A stretch of DNA of 32,000 nucleotides, from assembly GCA_016182335.1 (NCBI GenBank), contig JACOXK010000058.1, forward strand, positions 1-32,000, written 5' to 3'. The stretch's first letter is position 1. Every line of letters starts with the position of its first letter. Below are positions 9,687 to 18,012 of the stretch, in pieces. The translations under genes and the position numbers were made by a program. The notes below the pieces were generated by a model. That model saw nothing but the letters and a program-made list of their open reading frames with translations. It did not search any database and had not been told where the DNA came from. Source of the DNA: Deltaproteobacteria bacterium (GTDB lineage Bacteria > Bdellovibrionota > JACOXK01).

Positions 9687-11324
9687 TCAACGTAGGGTCG
9701 GATGATCCCTAAAAACACCGGGTTGCACCCACAATTGATCGCGCTGAATTTCCTCTAAATTTAACTGACCATTATGAAAAAGTGCTTTGAGACTTGTTAA
9801 AACTGCCTTTTCTGCAGCAACTATCTTCGATGGCGTCACTTTTCGCTTGAAATCTTCTTCAATATGAAGAGCGACATATTCAGCAATTTGAGGAGGAAGT
9901 TTAGAAATAATTAAGTTTTTATAAGCAGAGAGCTTTCCTAGAAGAACAGCGACAATGTCATCTCGTGAAAGTTGGCTTAAAAATAGAGTCAGGTCATTTT
10001 CTTCCAGAAGACTTACAAGATCAAGTGTTATAATGCTTGATTTTAATTTCATGCCAAGCGTTGTATCTGCTTTTAAAATATCGTCTGCAAGTTCGTCGGG
10101 TTTATCATGAGATTCAACTAAATTGATAAGTGCATTAAATCCGGATGTTTCGTACAGATTCAAACTTGTGAGTTGAGCAGCTCGGTGGGCCAAGCGAAAA
10201 CTTAAATACTTAAGCTCATTCCAAGGCAGTGTTTCTATTGTGGCCAGTTCCAAAGCGACTGATTTCTGATCACTATCTTTTAAATTTTTAAACACGTTAC
10301 TTCGTGTTTCAATATCGAGTTGTAAAAGAAGGAGCGCTTGGCATCGAATATCTTCACCTTTAACCAAGTGAGCTATTTTTGTTGGTTCTAAATTTTTAAG
10401 AAAATCAAAATTGGACTCAATAACTTGATTTTCTTTCAGAGACAACAAACTTTCAAGTTCTATTTCATGACGAAACTGTGTTCCTATGCGCTTTACATCG
10501 GATACGCTTAAGTGCTGCATTTTTGAAAACTCAGATGTGAGCTCCTCTGCAGAGTTATTATTAAGAACTCCCTTAAGCTCTGATCGAAGATGAGTAGGAA
10601 GTGTGATAAGGACTTGAAGTGCATGGTGTAAACCCTGCGGCGATGCTGCCCACCGTTTCAACACATTTTTTGCTGTGCTCAGATGAGAAGCAACGAGATC
10701 TGCATAATGCGCTGGGCTTTGAATTGTTAGAGAATCTCCAATCGATATCCCTTGAGGGATTTCCTGATATGAAGGCACGACAGTGGGGGAGGGTTGAGAT
10801 TCGTGTTTTAAAACTGATGGCAAAACTGTTTTTTTCCTTTGACGACGCATAAAATAGAAGATGCCCATAATAGCTGCAAGAGTGGACATAATAAGAAAAA
10901 TCAGTAAAAAATAACCTCTTAAGTTTGAGAATATAGTTGGGTGAGGCACGGCTACAAATGAGTAATTTAAATGAAGTGCTGATTGAAATGGTTGTGCTTG
11001 ATGTTCAATATATTTTTGAAGAAAATCCCTAGTTTTTTGTGGAAGTTTCTCATCAGCCAGAATATTAACATCAATACCAGAAATAACAGTAGATGTTTGT
11101 GCTGCACTACCAGATTCTTCAAATCCAGGTTCCACAATACTACGTTGAACTGTAGTTTTTGAAGAGGATTTGATGAATACATCTAAGCACAGCTGTGGAC
11201 AATGGAGTTTGAATAACTCAAGAATGACAGGTTTCAAAACGCTTTCAGGCGTTTGTCCTGCACTGAACAAAGTCGTCATCGAGAGACTCACTACTAATTG
11301 ACTTAAGAGAATGAGTTTTTTCAT
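9687..11324 (-). CDS. Membrane protein: signal peptide, extracytoplasmic domain, one TM segment and a cytoplasmic FliG-C-like domain
   Basis: N-terminal MKKLILLSQLVVSLSMTTLFSAG; TM GYFLLIFLIMSTLAAIMGIFYF followed by RRQRKK. C-terminus VSLLEENDLTLFLSQLSRDDIVAVLLGKLSAYKNLIISKLPPQIAEYVALHIEEDFKRKVTPSKIVAAEKAVLTSLKALFHNGQLNLEE resembles the FliG C-terminal pattern. Confidence 0.7.
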   Translation of the reverse strand: MKKLILLSQLVVSLSMTTLFSAGQTPESVLKPVILELFKLHCPQLCLDVFIKSSSKTTVQRSIVEPGFEESGSAAQTSTVISGIDVNILADEKLPQKTRDFLQKYIEHQAQPFQSALHLNYSFVAVPHPTIFSNLRGYFLLIFLIMSTLAAIMGIFYFMRRQRKKTVLPSVLKHESQPSPTVVPSYQEIPQGISIGDSLTIQSPAHYADLVASHLSTAKNVLKRWAASPQGLHHALQVLITLPTHLRSELKGVLNNNSAEELTSEFSKMQHLSVSDVKRIGTQFRHEIELESLLSLKENQVIESNFDFLKNLEPTKIAHLVKGEDIRCQALLLLQLDIETRSNVFKNLKDSDQKSVALELATIETLPWNELKYLSFRLAHRAAQLTSLNLYETSGFNALINLVESHDKPDELADDILKADTTLGMKLKSSIITLDLVSLLEENDLTLFLSQLSRDDIVAVLLGKLSAYKNLIISKLPPQIAEYVALHIEEDFKRKVTPSKIVAAEKAVLTSLKALFHNGQLNLEEIQRDQLWVQPGVFRDHPTLR

Positions 11325-11337
11325 AGAACCACCTTTT

Positions 11338-11982
11338 TTAATAAATTTTTAACGTTACCCTTCTGTTTATATTTCTGTATTCCTCAGCATCTGCAACTTC
11401 AGCTTTCTCTTCAAGTTTTTTAGGTCTCGTATGGGCAAATCCCCTTAATTGAATTCGATTTTCATCAATGCCGTGAAAACGCAAAAAATTAAGGAACTCC
11501 ATAGCCCTGTAGGCTGACAATTCCCAATTAGATGGAAATTTAAGTGTATGAATGGGTACATTATCTGTATGTCCCTCAACAATAAACGCCCATTTGTGAT
11601 CAATTGTTTTTAACTCCGAAACAAATGTCAAAATATGTGGCTTAGCCTCTTCCAAGAGGGCACTTTCTCCGGATTGAAATAAGAGAGAATGACTAAAATC
11701 AATTTCCAGAGACTCTTGTCCAATGCTTGTTGAAATCTTGGATTCCAAATGATTTGAGATGATAATAGAGTCAATCTGTTTTTTTAAATCGGCCAAAGAA
11801 TATTTAGGTTTTTTTTTGAAGTAATTCGTGAGCGATTCAAACCGATATGTGCTCATCACTGACATGGAGAGGAGAAATGCAAAGAAAACATAGAGATTTG
11901 TGATGAGATCTGAATAAGAAAGCAGCCATGGTGACTCATCATTCCGTGCAAACATGCTGTTTTGTACCAGTTCTTCAAGCAT
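11338..11982 (-). CDS. MotB-type stator protein (TM + OmpA/MotB peptidoglycan-binding domain)
   Basis: N-terminal WLLSYSDLITNLYVFFAFLLSMS, matching the MotB TM with conserved Asp. OmpA-like VEGHTDNVPI...NWELSAYRAMEFLNFL...RNINRRVTLKI. Confidence 0.9.
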   Translation of the reverse strand: MLEELVQNSMFARNDESPWLLSYSDLITNLYVFFAFLLSMSVMSTYRFESLTNYFKKKPKYSLADLKKQIDSIIISNHLESKISTSIGQESLEIDFSHSLLFQSGESALLEEAKPHILTFVSELKTIDHKWAFIVEGHTDNVPIHTLKFPSNWELSAYRAMEFLNFLRFHGIDENRIQLRGFAHTRPKKLEEKAEVADAEEYRNINRRVTLKIY

Positions 11983-12804
11983 TTAGATTTCCAAGCGGAT
12001 TGTCGTCGTCCCCATTTTTGGATGCGAAACAATTCGAGAGGAGCTTTCTGTGGCTGTTATGAAAGCAGCAAGATTTTCTTTTAATATCGGTCCATATACC
12101 TGGTTTTTAATAAGCTCTAAAGCTTCAATCATCATGGCATGAGATCTAGATTCCAGTTCCACATGATTGTTCACGTGACGAATGACTGGGAAGTAAAAAG
12201 CATAACTTGCAAGCAATCCGTACAAAGTCGTTAGCAACGCAAGCGCCATGCCAGCCCCAATCTGACTAAAATCGTCCATATTCTGTAACAGTGAAACCAA
12301 TCCTAACACTGTTCCCATCATGCCAAGAGCAGGTGTTATTTTTGACGAAAAATCAAACACCGAGATTTCTTTGAGGTCCTGAAGTCGCTTTGCATGCCAT
12401 TTATTTTTCAAAATACTTTTCAGTTCATCGGCATTATAATTTCCATTAAAAGTATGAATGCCTTCTCTTAAAAAGAGAGGCATATCTTGTGTGGGCGCAG
12501 CGATACGTCCACTTCGCTGATACTCTTTGGAACAATCCACAAGATGAGAAATGAGGCGTTGCTGTGATACTTTTTCAGGAGAAAAAAATACTTTAATGAG
12601 TCGACCCCAGGCCTTTAAAATATCTGAAAGTCCAAAGCTGTAGAGAACAATGAAAATGTGCCCTACAACTACAAATAAGAAGCTTGGTAGGTTAAACAAG
12701 CCTTTATATTCACTCGATCTTGATTGCATGATAAACAACAGGATCCACAAAAAACCGATAAGACCTATAAGGCTTGCGCATTTTCTCACCCACTGATAGT
12801 TCAT
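11983..12804 (-). CDS. MotA/TolQ/ExbB-family proton channel protein (MotA-like)
   Basis: Four hydrophobic segments; SSKITPALGMMGTVLGLVSLLQNMDDFSQIGAGMALALLTTLYGLLAS. Directly abuts the MotB-like gene. Confidence 0.88.
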   Translation of the reverse strand: MNYQWVRKCASLIGLIGFLWILLFIMQSRSSEYKGLFNLPSFLFVVVGHIFIVLYSFGLSDILKAWGRLIKVFFSPEKVSQQRLISHLVDCSKEYQRSGRIAAPTQDMPLFLREGIHTFNGNYNADELKSILKNKWHAKRLQDLKEISVFDFSSKITPALGMMGTVLGLVSLLQNMDDFSQIGAGMALALLTTLYGLLASYAFYFPVIRHVNNHVELESRSHAMMIEALELIKNQVYGPILKENLAAFITATESSSRIVSHPKMGTTTIRLEI

Positions 12805-13430
12805 GATTTTGTTTTTGGTGAAAGAGTTGTAGGTGAAGACGCAGGGAGGCGAGAAATAGCCTGACGAATAATAGTATTAGCAGGATCTTCTTTAAGAACC
12901 AAAGACCATGATTCTCTGGCTAAATCATACATTCCTACCTTGGATGCAACGGTCCCGCGCAAGGAGAGAAGCTTCGTATCGCTTGGATAGGATTCAACAA
13001 GGGATTCCAATGTTACGAGTGCTAGTTCATAGTCTTTTTTACGAAAATGCTCTTTTACTTTCGCCAAACCTAAGAGATAACTTTGTCTGGCTAAAGATTG
13101 GCCAGATAAGGCAACCACATCTTGACCTTGAATCTGAGAATTGTCGTCACCAGATGATGGTATAGTTTGTAACCCATCAGTGTGAGAACTTTTAAGCTCT
13201 GCAAGAGTGTAGCGCACTAAAGTCGATTCACTATTTTCTCCAAGTGCTATTTCAATAGCATTCAAACCGAAGGACCGGCGAATGGTAATGGGTGATTTCG
13301 ATGACTGAGCTGTGTCTATGGTAAATGGATTGGATATTTCAGGGGAAGAGTGTTTGGAAATTTTGCGCATGGAAGCACATCCAACAATAAGAGACAAACA
13401 GATAATGACAAAAAGTTTTTTTCTATTCAT
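12801..13430 (-). CDS. TPR-like lipoprotein
   Basis: Lipobox LSLIVGC at the N-terminus; TPR-like YELALVTLESLVESYPSDTKLLSLRGTVASKVGMYDLARESWSLVLKEDP. Overlaps the MotA-like start by 4 nt. Confidence 0.7.
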   Translation of the reverse strand: MNRKKLFVIICLSLIVGCASMRKISKHSSPEISNPFTIDTAQSSKSPITIRRSFGLNAIEIALGENSESTLVRYTLAELKSSHTDGLQTIPSSGDDNSQIQGQDVVALSGQSLARQSYLLGLAKVKEHFRKKDYELALVTLESLVESYPSDTKLLSLRGTVASKVGMYDLARESWSLVLKEDPANTIIRQAISRLPASSPTTLSPKTKS

Positions 13431-13433
13431 TGT

Positions 13434-14591
13434 TTACCACCTCATATTGATATTGAATGCAATATCTAAACAAAAACCAGAAACTTTTTTCGATTGTTTA
13501 TCAGACGAAAATTGTATTTGATTGCCAATGAGTTGAATCTTTTCAGAGCTCAGCATGGCATCTGACGGAAATAAGTAATTGATGTTGGCAGAAATTCCAA
13601 ATTTCTTTCCAATATCGAGCAAAAAACCTGGACCTAAAACAAAAGACTGATAGTTGTTTGTAAGAAGTGGGCCGCCGCCTACTGTTATATATTTTCTAAA
13701 TTTTTCTCCGCCCAGATTCATGAGGAGTTTTAACTCAAGAAGCCCCCCAGCATTGAGAAGAATGTCTTTATTGCTGGAATCTGAGAGTGGCTCAGTAAAT
13801 CCAGAGAGAATAATGCCAAAGTGATCAATAAACCCTCCCATGTACTCGAGTAGAGAGAAACTCACACTTGGATAATTCACATGATTTTCAAATCCAGGTA
13901 ATAGGAAAAAACCAGGGCTTACGGCGAGCCGATATTTAGCAAGGATGTTCACCGAGTCCGAAGGCCGTTTTGTGACAGAATCTTGTGATAGCAGCTGTCG
14001 CTCTGGATCGAGCGAAGAATATTTATCGCTCCAAATGACTTCTCCCTTAATAGCATCAAAAATGGCAACGCTCAAAACGATTTCATGTGGGGTATAATGG
14101 AATGTGCTTTCCAGGAAATAGCGAGTTCCCAAACTATGAGAGAGAGATTGCAATTCTTCATTTTTTTGCACACCCTGTTGCACAATAAGGTCATTAGCAT
14201 CCGTTGTGACAAGAGTGCGAAAGCAGCTCATACATTTGATAGATTTAATGGAGACTTTTTCAATGAGGGCCTGATCGATTCTATCTCGAAGAATATCGCG
14301 AAACTTAGGTTGGATATCACCCTGGAGATTGATTTTATACTGGCTTAATTTTTGAATACGTAAGTTTGAACTCGAAAGATCTGTAGCAAATCTCTCAACA
14401 AGAGAGTCCAGTACAGAGTAGAAATCAATTTTTCCATCAAGCGTGCTTGCATATTCCGCATTGACGTGATTTGAAAAAAACACAACACAGTTTAATCCAA
14501 GAAAAATAACGAGAAATCGCAGTAGAACAAAACGATTTTGCAACACAAAACGACCTTCACCCAACGCTAACTTTTTTTGATAAGATGTCAA
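13434..14591 (-). CDS. Secreted protein with CsgG/FlgO-like N-terminal domain and outer-membrane barrel-like C-terminal region
   Basis: Signal-like VLLRFLVIFLGLNCVVFFSNHVNA; LVERFATDLSSSNLRI...LSHSLGTRYFLESTFHYTPHEIVLSVAIFDAIKGEVIWSD; the Gly/aromatic-alternating C-terminal half resembles a beta-barrel. Confidence 0.55.
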   Translation of the reverse strand: MTSYQKKLALGEGRFVLQNRFVLLRFLVIFLGLNCVVFFSNHVNAEYASTLDGKIDFYSVLDSLVERFATDLSSSNLRIQKLSQYKINLQGDIQPKFRDILRDRIDQALIEKVSIKSIKCMSCFRTLVTTDANDLIVQQGVQKNEELQSLSHSLGTRYFLESTFHYTPHEIVLSVAIFDAIKGEVIWSDKYSSLDPERQLLSQDSVTKRPSDSVNILAKYRLAVSPGFFLLPGFENHVNYPSVSFSLLEYMGGFIDHFGIILSGFTEPLSDSSNKDILLNAGGLLELKLLMNLGGEKFRKYITVGGGPLLTNNYQSFVLGPGFLLDIGKKFGISANINYLFPSDAMLSSEKIQLIGNQIQFSSDKQSKKVSGFCLDIAFNINMRW

Positions 14592-14598
14592 CTTTCAT

Positions 14599-15639
14599 TC
14601 AGGGTAACAGTATGTGATAGCGGATATCCACTTGGTCACCAGCAGCCACATGAGACCTTTTGAGGAAAAACAACTCCTGTGTTGACTCGTTATAATGCCA
14701 CTCACTTGGGTTTGCTTTAAGACCATTAAGATAAACCTCAATAGAACCGCGTTGTGCAGCATAGGTTAAAACTTTACGAGTCATATGCTCAAAAAGTATT
14801 TGTATTATTTTATTTATGACTTGTTTTGAATCTTGCAAGAGATCACACAATTCAAGACTTATGCCAGAAGTTTGACTTACAAATTCAGCAAGAGTTGTTG
14901 CTCGTCGATACTCCAAGTTATTGCATTGATCACTTCCCTCTTTGAAAATGAGGGCAATAGGTTGGAACAGTGCTTTTGATTTTAATGTCTGCATAGAGGC
15001 TACAATGTGATCGACTGGAGTTGTTCCTTCGTCATCCGCGTTAGATATAAAAATTGGAAAGAAATGGGTATTTCCTTCTCGAAGGAATCCGCTTTTCATG
15101 AGGGTTACCAACTTCTCAAGTGGGAAATTTGATGCTTCTCCCCCAGTAAAGTTTAAAGCTCCAAGAGTTTCTGATAATTTATTGAGTCCACTCACCGTGA
15201 AAGCGTTATTCGCAAAAATATCCTCTCCCCATGGAGTACTATCATGGGATGTTATCAACCGAAGTTTGAAAGAAAGCTTTGGTCGAAGATGGTGATATTC
15301 TGGAGGGTCCATGAGAGAGGCTAAGAGAAGATGACTTGATTCTTTGAGGGCTTGAATAAAAGGTGACATTTTTTTCTTGGCATGAAGAATAAATGCTATA
15401 TCAAGGTTTCCCTGTGGCACTTCGTGAATGAAACCATCCAACCACAGCTGTGGCAGGGATGTGGCGGGAGGTTCTAATAATGGGGGATTGTCAGGTTCGT
15501 AATGTGGGCTAACAGGCGCAGGTAACGGTTTCTCTTTTTGCTTAGGTGCAATAAATTCAGGAGCTCCACAATGAAGAAAGAGTGTTGCCACAAGAAGGGA
15601 TATAAATTTATGGATTTTGAGGATCTTGTTTGACACCAT
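14599..15639 (-). CDS. Lipoprotein, VWA-like with degenerate metal site (paralog 1)
   Basis: Start at MVSNKILKIHKFISLLVATLFLHC (lipobox). LDIAFILHAKKKMSPF sits at the position of the MIDAS DxSxS in the neighbours. C-terminal domain SEWHYNESTQELFFLKRSHVAAGDQVDIRYH is shared with the paralogs. The track ORF opens at 15777. Confidence 0.6.
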   Translation of the reverse strand: MVSNKILKIHKFISLLVATLFLHCGAPEFIAPKQKEKPLPAPVSPHYEPDNPPLLEPPATSLPQLWLDGFIHEVPQGNLDIAFILHAKKKMSPFIQALKESSHLLLASLMDPPEYHHLRPKLSFKLRLITSHDSTPWGEDIFANNAFTVSGLNKLSETLGALNFTGGEASNFPLEKLVTLMKSGFLREGNTHFFPIFISNADDEGTTPVDHIVASMQTLKSKALFQPIALIFKEGSDQCNNLEYRRATTLAEFVSQTSGISLELCDLLQDSKQVINKIIQILFEHMTRKVLTYAAQRGSIEVYLNGLKANPSEWHYNESTQELFFLKRSHVAAGDQVDIRYHILLP

Positions 15640-16846
15640 ACAACACTGTAATTTTTCCACCTTGCGGCACTTTGGGTTTGTTCGTAAGGATGATTTCATT
15701 TTTTTGAGTATCATAAGTAAAGTCACGTCCCATAAGCAGTGGATAATAATTATAAAGAACTTTAAAAGACTTGCCATCGAAAGTATGGGGAATTTTTTTA
15801 AGAATAATTCTTTTTGTGTAGGATAAAGAGAGTTGTGCTACATCACTCAATGTATTCTTTTTCAAAAGCTCACATAAATCCAGTCGATGTCCATAGAAAT
15901 GTTGGTGACTGAGTTGTTCTAATTTATCTGATGTCTTGGTTAAACTGTAAGGACAAGTCTGAATATTCATGCGAAATAGCGCTGTAAATACGCTTAAGTA
16001 CGGTGGTCTATAAATTTTATGAATTTGTGACAAAAAATGAGAGGTTGCTATGTCATGAGAAAGCTCGTCCGAACTTATGAAGAAAAATACACTGAGCGCA
16101 TCTTCCTCTCGAAAATCGGCAGAGTTATGTAATAACTCCAGTGTTTTAGAATAAGAAAGAATATGAGGTTGGCCTTGATATCCAAGCTGTGACATGAATT
16201 GAGGAAAGACGGCAAAATCTCGTGCCGTACTTATAAAGTTTTTCCCACTCACAGAAATGAGACGTGCTTCATCAGAAGGCATGAATCCTATCTTATATTG
16301 AAGATGAGAGAGATTGTTTGATAAAAATTCTGGAGCAAATTTTGTGCTTGCTAAGACAAGATCAGAGTGAATGTCTTCCATAGGTTCCGAGGTATCAACG
16401 ACAAAAAGTATTGAGAGTTTTCCAGAAGGAAGGCCGTAATAAAAATCTTCCTCATAAAGTTGAAAATCTGGAGGAGTTGGCCCACCAGGTTGTGTAGGAT
16501 CTGGAAGAGGAATGGGCACTGGATCAGGATTGCCTCCTCCCCCGCCCCCTGGAGTTCCACCTTCACCGGGATTGGTACCTGGTGCGCTCCCCCCTCCTGA
16601 ACCGCCATTAGGAGGAGATCCCGGAGTGCCACCGCCTCCTGGGTTGGTGTCAGGTGAACCATTACTATCTCCACCAGAACCAGCGTCTGGAGGGACAATT
16701 TTTCCATCCGGTGTTTTATTTTCAACATAGAGATTAAAGACTCGGCGAGAGCTTGAACCGCAAGATAAATTGAAAACTAACGGTGCAACAATGGCTAATG
16801 GAACTATTACTGACTTCACGGTTGAAGGTAACCTTAAGTCATTCAT
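15608..16846 (-). CDS. Lipoprotein, VWA-like domain with Gly/Pro-rich linker (paralog 2)
   Basis: Lipobox LVFNLSC; linker of G/P/N residues; LSILFVVDTSEPMEDIHSDLVLAS; C-terminal DFTYDTQKNEIILTNKPKVPQGGKITVLY. GTG at 16819 is an alternative start. Confidence 0.7.
   Translation of the reverse strand: MNDLRLPSTVKSVIVPLAIVAPLVFNLSCGSSSRRVFNLYVENKTPDGKIVPPDAGSGGDSNGSPDTNPGGGGTPGSPPNGGSGGGSAPGTNPGEGGTPGGGGGGNPDPVPIPLPDPTQPGGPTPPDFQLYEEDFYYGLPSGKLSILFVVDTSEPMEDIHSDLVLASTKFAPEFLSNNLSHLQYKIGFMPSDEARLISVSGKNFISTARDFAVFPQFMSQLGYQGQPHILSYSKTLELLHNSADFREEDALSVFFFISSDELSHDIATSHFLSQIHKIYRPPYLSVFTALFRMNIQTCPYSLTKTSDKLEQLSHQHFYGHRLDLCELLKKNTLSDVAQLSLSYTKRIILKKIPHTFDGKSFKVLYNYYPLLMGRDFTYDTQKNEIILTNKPKVPQGGKITVLYGVKQDPQNP
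16481..16694 (-). repeat. Low-complexity segment encoding a Gly/Pro/Asn-rich linker
   Basis: Encodes PDAGSGGDSNGSPDTNPGGGGTPGSPPNGGSGGGSAPGTNPGEGGTPGGGGGGNPDPVP... Confidence 0.85.
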
Positions 16847-16858
16847 TCAGGTAATTTT

Positions 16859-16887
16859 ATTACAAAAGCTCTTCGTATCATTGTCAA
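16859..16887 (-). promoter_or_regulatory. Putative sigma70-type promoter for the minus-strand operon
   Basis: On the minus strand: TTGACA (16887-16882), 17-nt spacer, TGTAAT (16864-16859), just upstream of the 16846 start. Confidence 0.5.
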
Positions 16888-16891
16888 ATAA

Positions 16892-16919
16892 TTGGAGCTT
16901 TGTTAGATCATAATATAAT
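16892..16919 (+). promoter_or_regulatory. Putative sigma70-type promoter for the plus-strand operon
   Basis: TTGGAG (16892-16897), 16-nt spacer, TATAAT (16914-16919), ahead of the GTG start at 16936. Confidence 0.45.
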
Positions 16920-16935
16920 TAGGTATCGTTGTTCA

Positions 16936-18012
16936 GTGAAAAAAATTATCATTTTAGTTGCTTTTGCATCTCTGACATCGTGCGAAAAAACGGGTCTTAA
17001 GTACGAAACTTCTTTAGAGGATGATCCTTCACGTATTGTTTTTGTTGATCCTCGAATTATTTCCTCCCATAAACCTCCATGGATGCAACCGTATAGACGC
17101 GTCATTGAGCGTGATACTGCGCCTGTAAATCAACCGCCTTCGCGCGGAATTTTTACTAACGTGGTGGATAAGTATGAGAAGAAAAAAAATCATGAAGAGG
17201 CTGATATTTTATGGGTTATTGATAATTCGTGCAGCATGGCTGAAGAACGTGACAAAGTTTCACAAAATCTCGATGCTTTTATGAGGGACTTTAAATTGAG
17301 TCATGTTGATTTTCATATGGGTGTTATTTCAACACACACCCATGATGCTCTTTTTTATGGAGCCCCACCCGTGCTTCTTTCAAATGATCCAGAATTAGAG
17401 CGCAGATTTTCAGAACGTGTTCGGATGCCGCAAGTATGCGGTTTTTCTGCTGCTTTGCATGCTGCCCATTTGGCGCTGAGCGAGCCGCGAATTTCTGGAT
17501 ATAACAAAGATTTTTTACGATCAGAAGCGCATCTCATTATTATTATCATTTCTGACGCAGATGAAGACTATAAAATGAGCAGCTCTGAATATCTTAGTTT
17601 TTTCCAGTCACTTAAAGCAAGTGAACCGCATAAAGTCGTCATTAACTCCATCGTTGGAGATTCTCCGAGTGGTTGTTCATCTGCTGGCGGGAATGCAGAA
17701 CCTGGGTTGCAATACATTGAATTAACACAAAGTACTCGAGGTTTTTTTGAAATCATTTGCAGTAACAACTTTAAAGAAAGCATGAACAATATTGGCCGTA
17801 ATCTCGATAAATATATCAACTCTTATCCACTGACTCATATTCCTTCAATTCGATATCCTCTTGTTGTTACAATCAATGGTCGTGTCGTGGAGCGACACCC
17901 AATACATGGCTGGGTGTACAATGCCGAACTCAATCTTATTTTATTTGAGGGAGATATTAAACCTATTGTTGGAGATAAAATTGAAATCGCTTACCTTCAT
18001 GAAGAAAATTAG
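16936..18012 (+). CDS. Lipoprotein with VWA domain, intact MIDAS (paralog 3)
   Basis: GTG start gives VKKIIILVAFASLTSC (lipobox). ADILWVIDNSCSMAEERDKVSQNLDAF carries DxSxS; C-terminal HGWVYNAELNLILFEGDIKPIVGDKIEIAYLHEEN. The track ORF begins at TTG 16900. Confidence 0.82.
   Translation: MKKIIILVAFASLTSCEKTGLKYETSLEDDPSRIVFVDPRIISSHKPPWMQPYRRVIERDTAPVNQPPSRGIFTNVVDKYEKKKNHEEADILWVIDNSCSMAEERDKVSQNLDAFMRDFKLSHVDFHMGVISTHTHDALFYGAPPVLLSNDPELERRFSERVRMPQVCGFSAALHAAHLALSEPRISGYNKDFLRSEAHLIIIIISDADEDYKMSSSEYLSFFQSLKASEPHKVVINSIVGDSPSGCSSAGGNAEPGLQYIELTQSTRGFFEIICSNNFKESMNNIGRNLDKYINSYPLTHIPSIRYPLVVTINGRVVERHPIHGWVYNAELNLILFEGDIKPIVGDKIEIAYLHEEN

Noticed and set aside
16351-16730. ORFs of 125 aa (minus) and 72 aa (plus, Gly/Pro rich) over the linker region
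   Set aside because: Alternative-frame products of the low-complexity Gly/Pro-coding tract; the VWA-like protein 15608-16846 explains the region.
9687-16846. Interpretation as a normal flagellar operon
   Set aside because: No FliC, hook, rod or type III export genes. The FliG-like protein has a signal peptide and TM, and most neighbours are lipoproteins or outer-membrane-like proteins.
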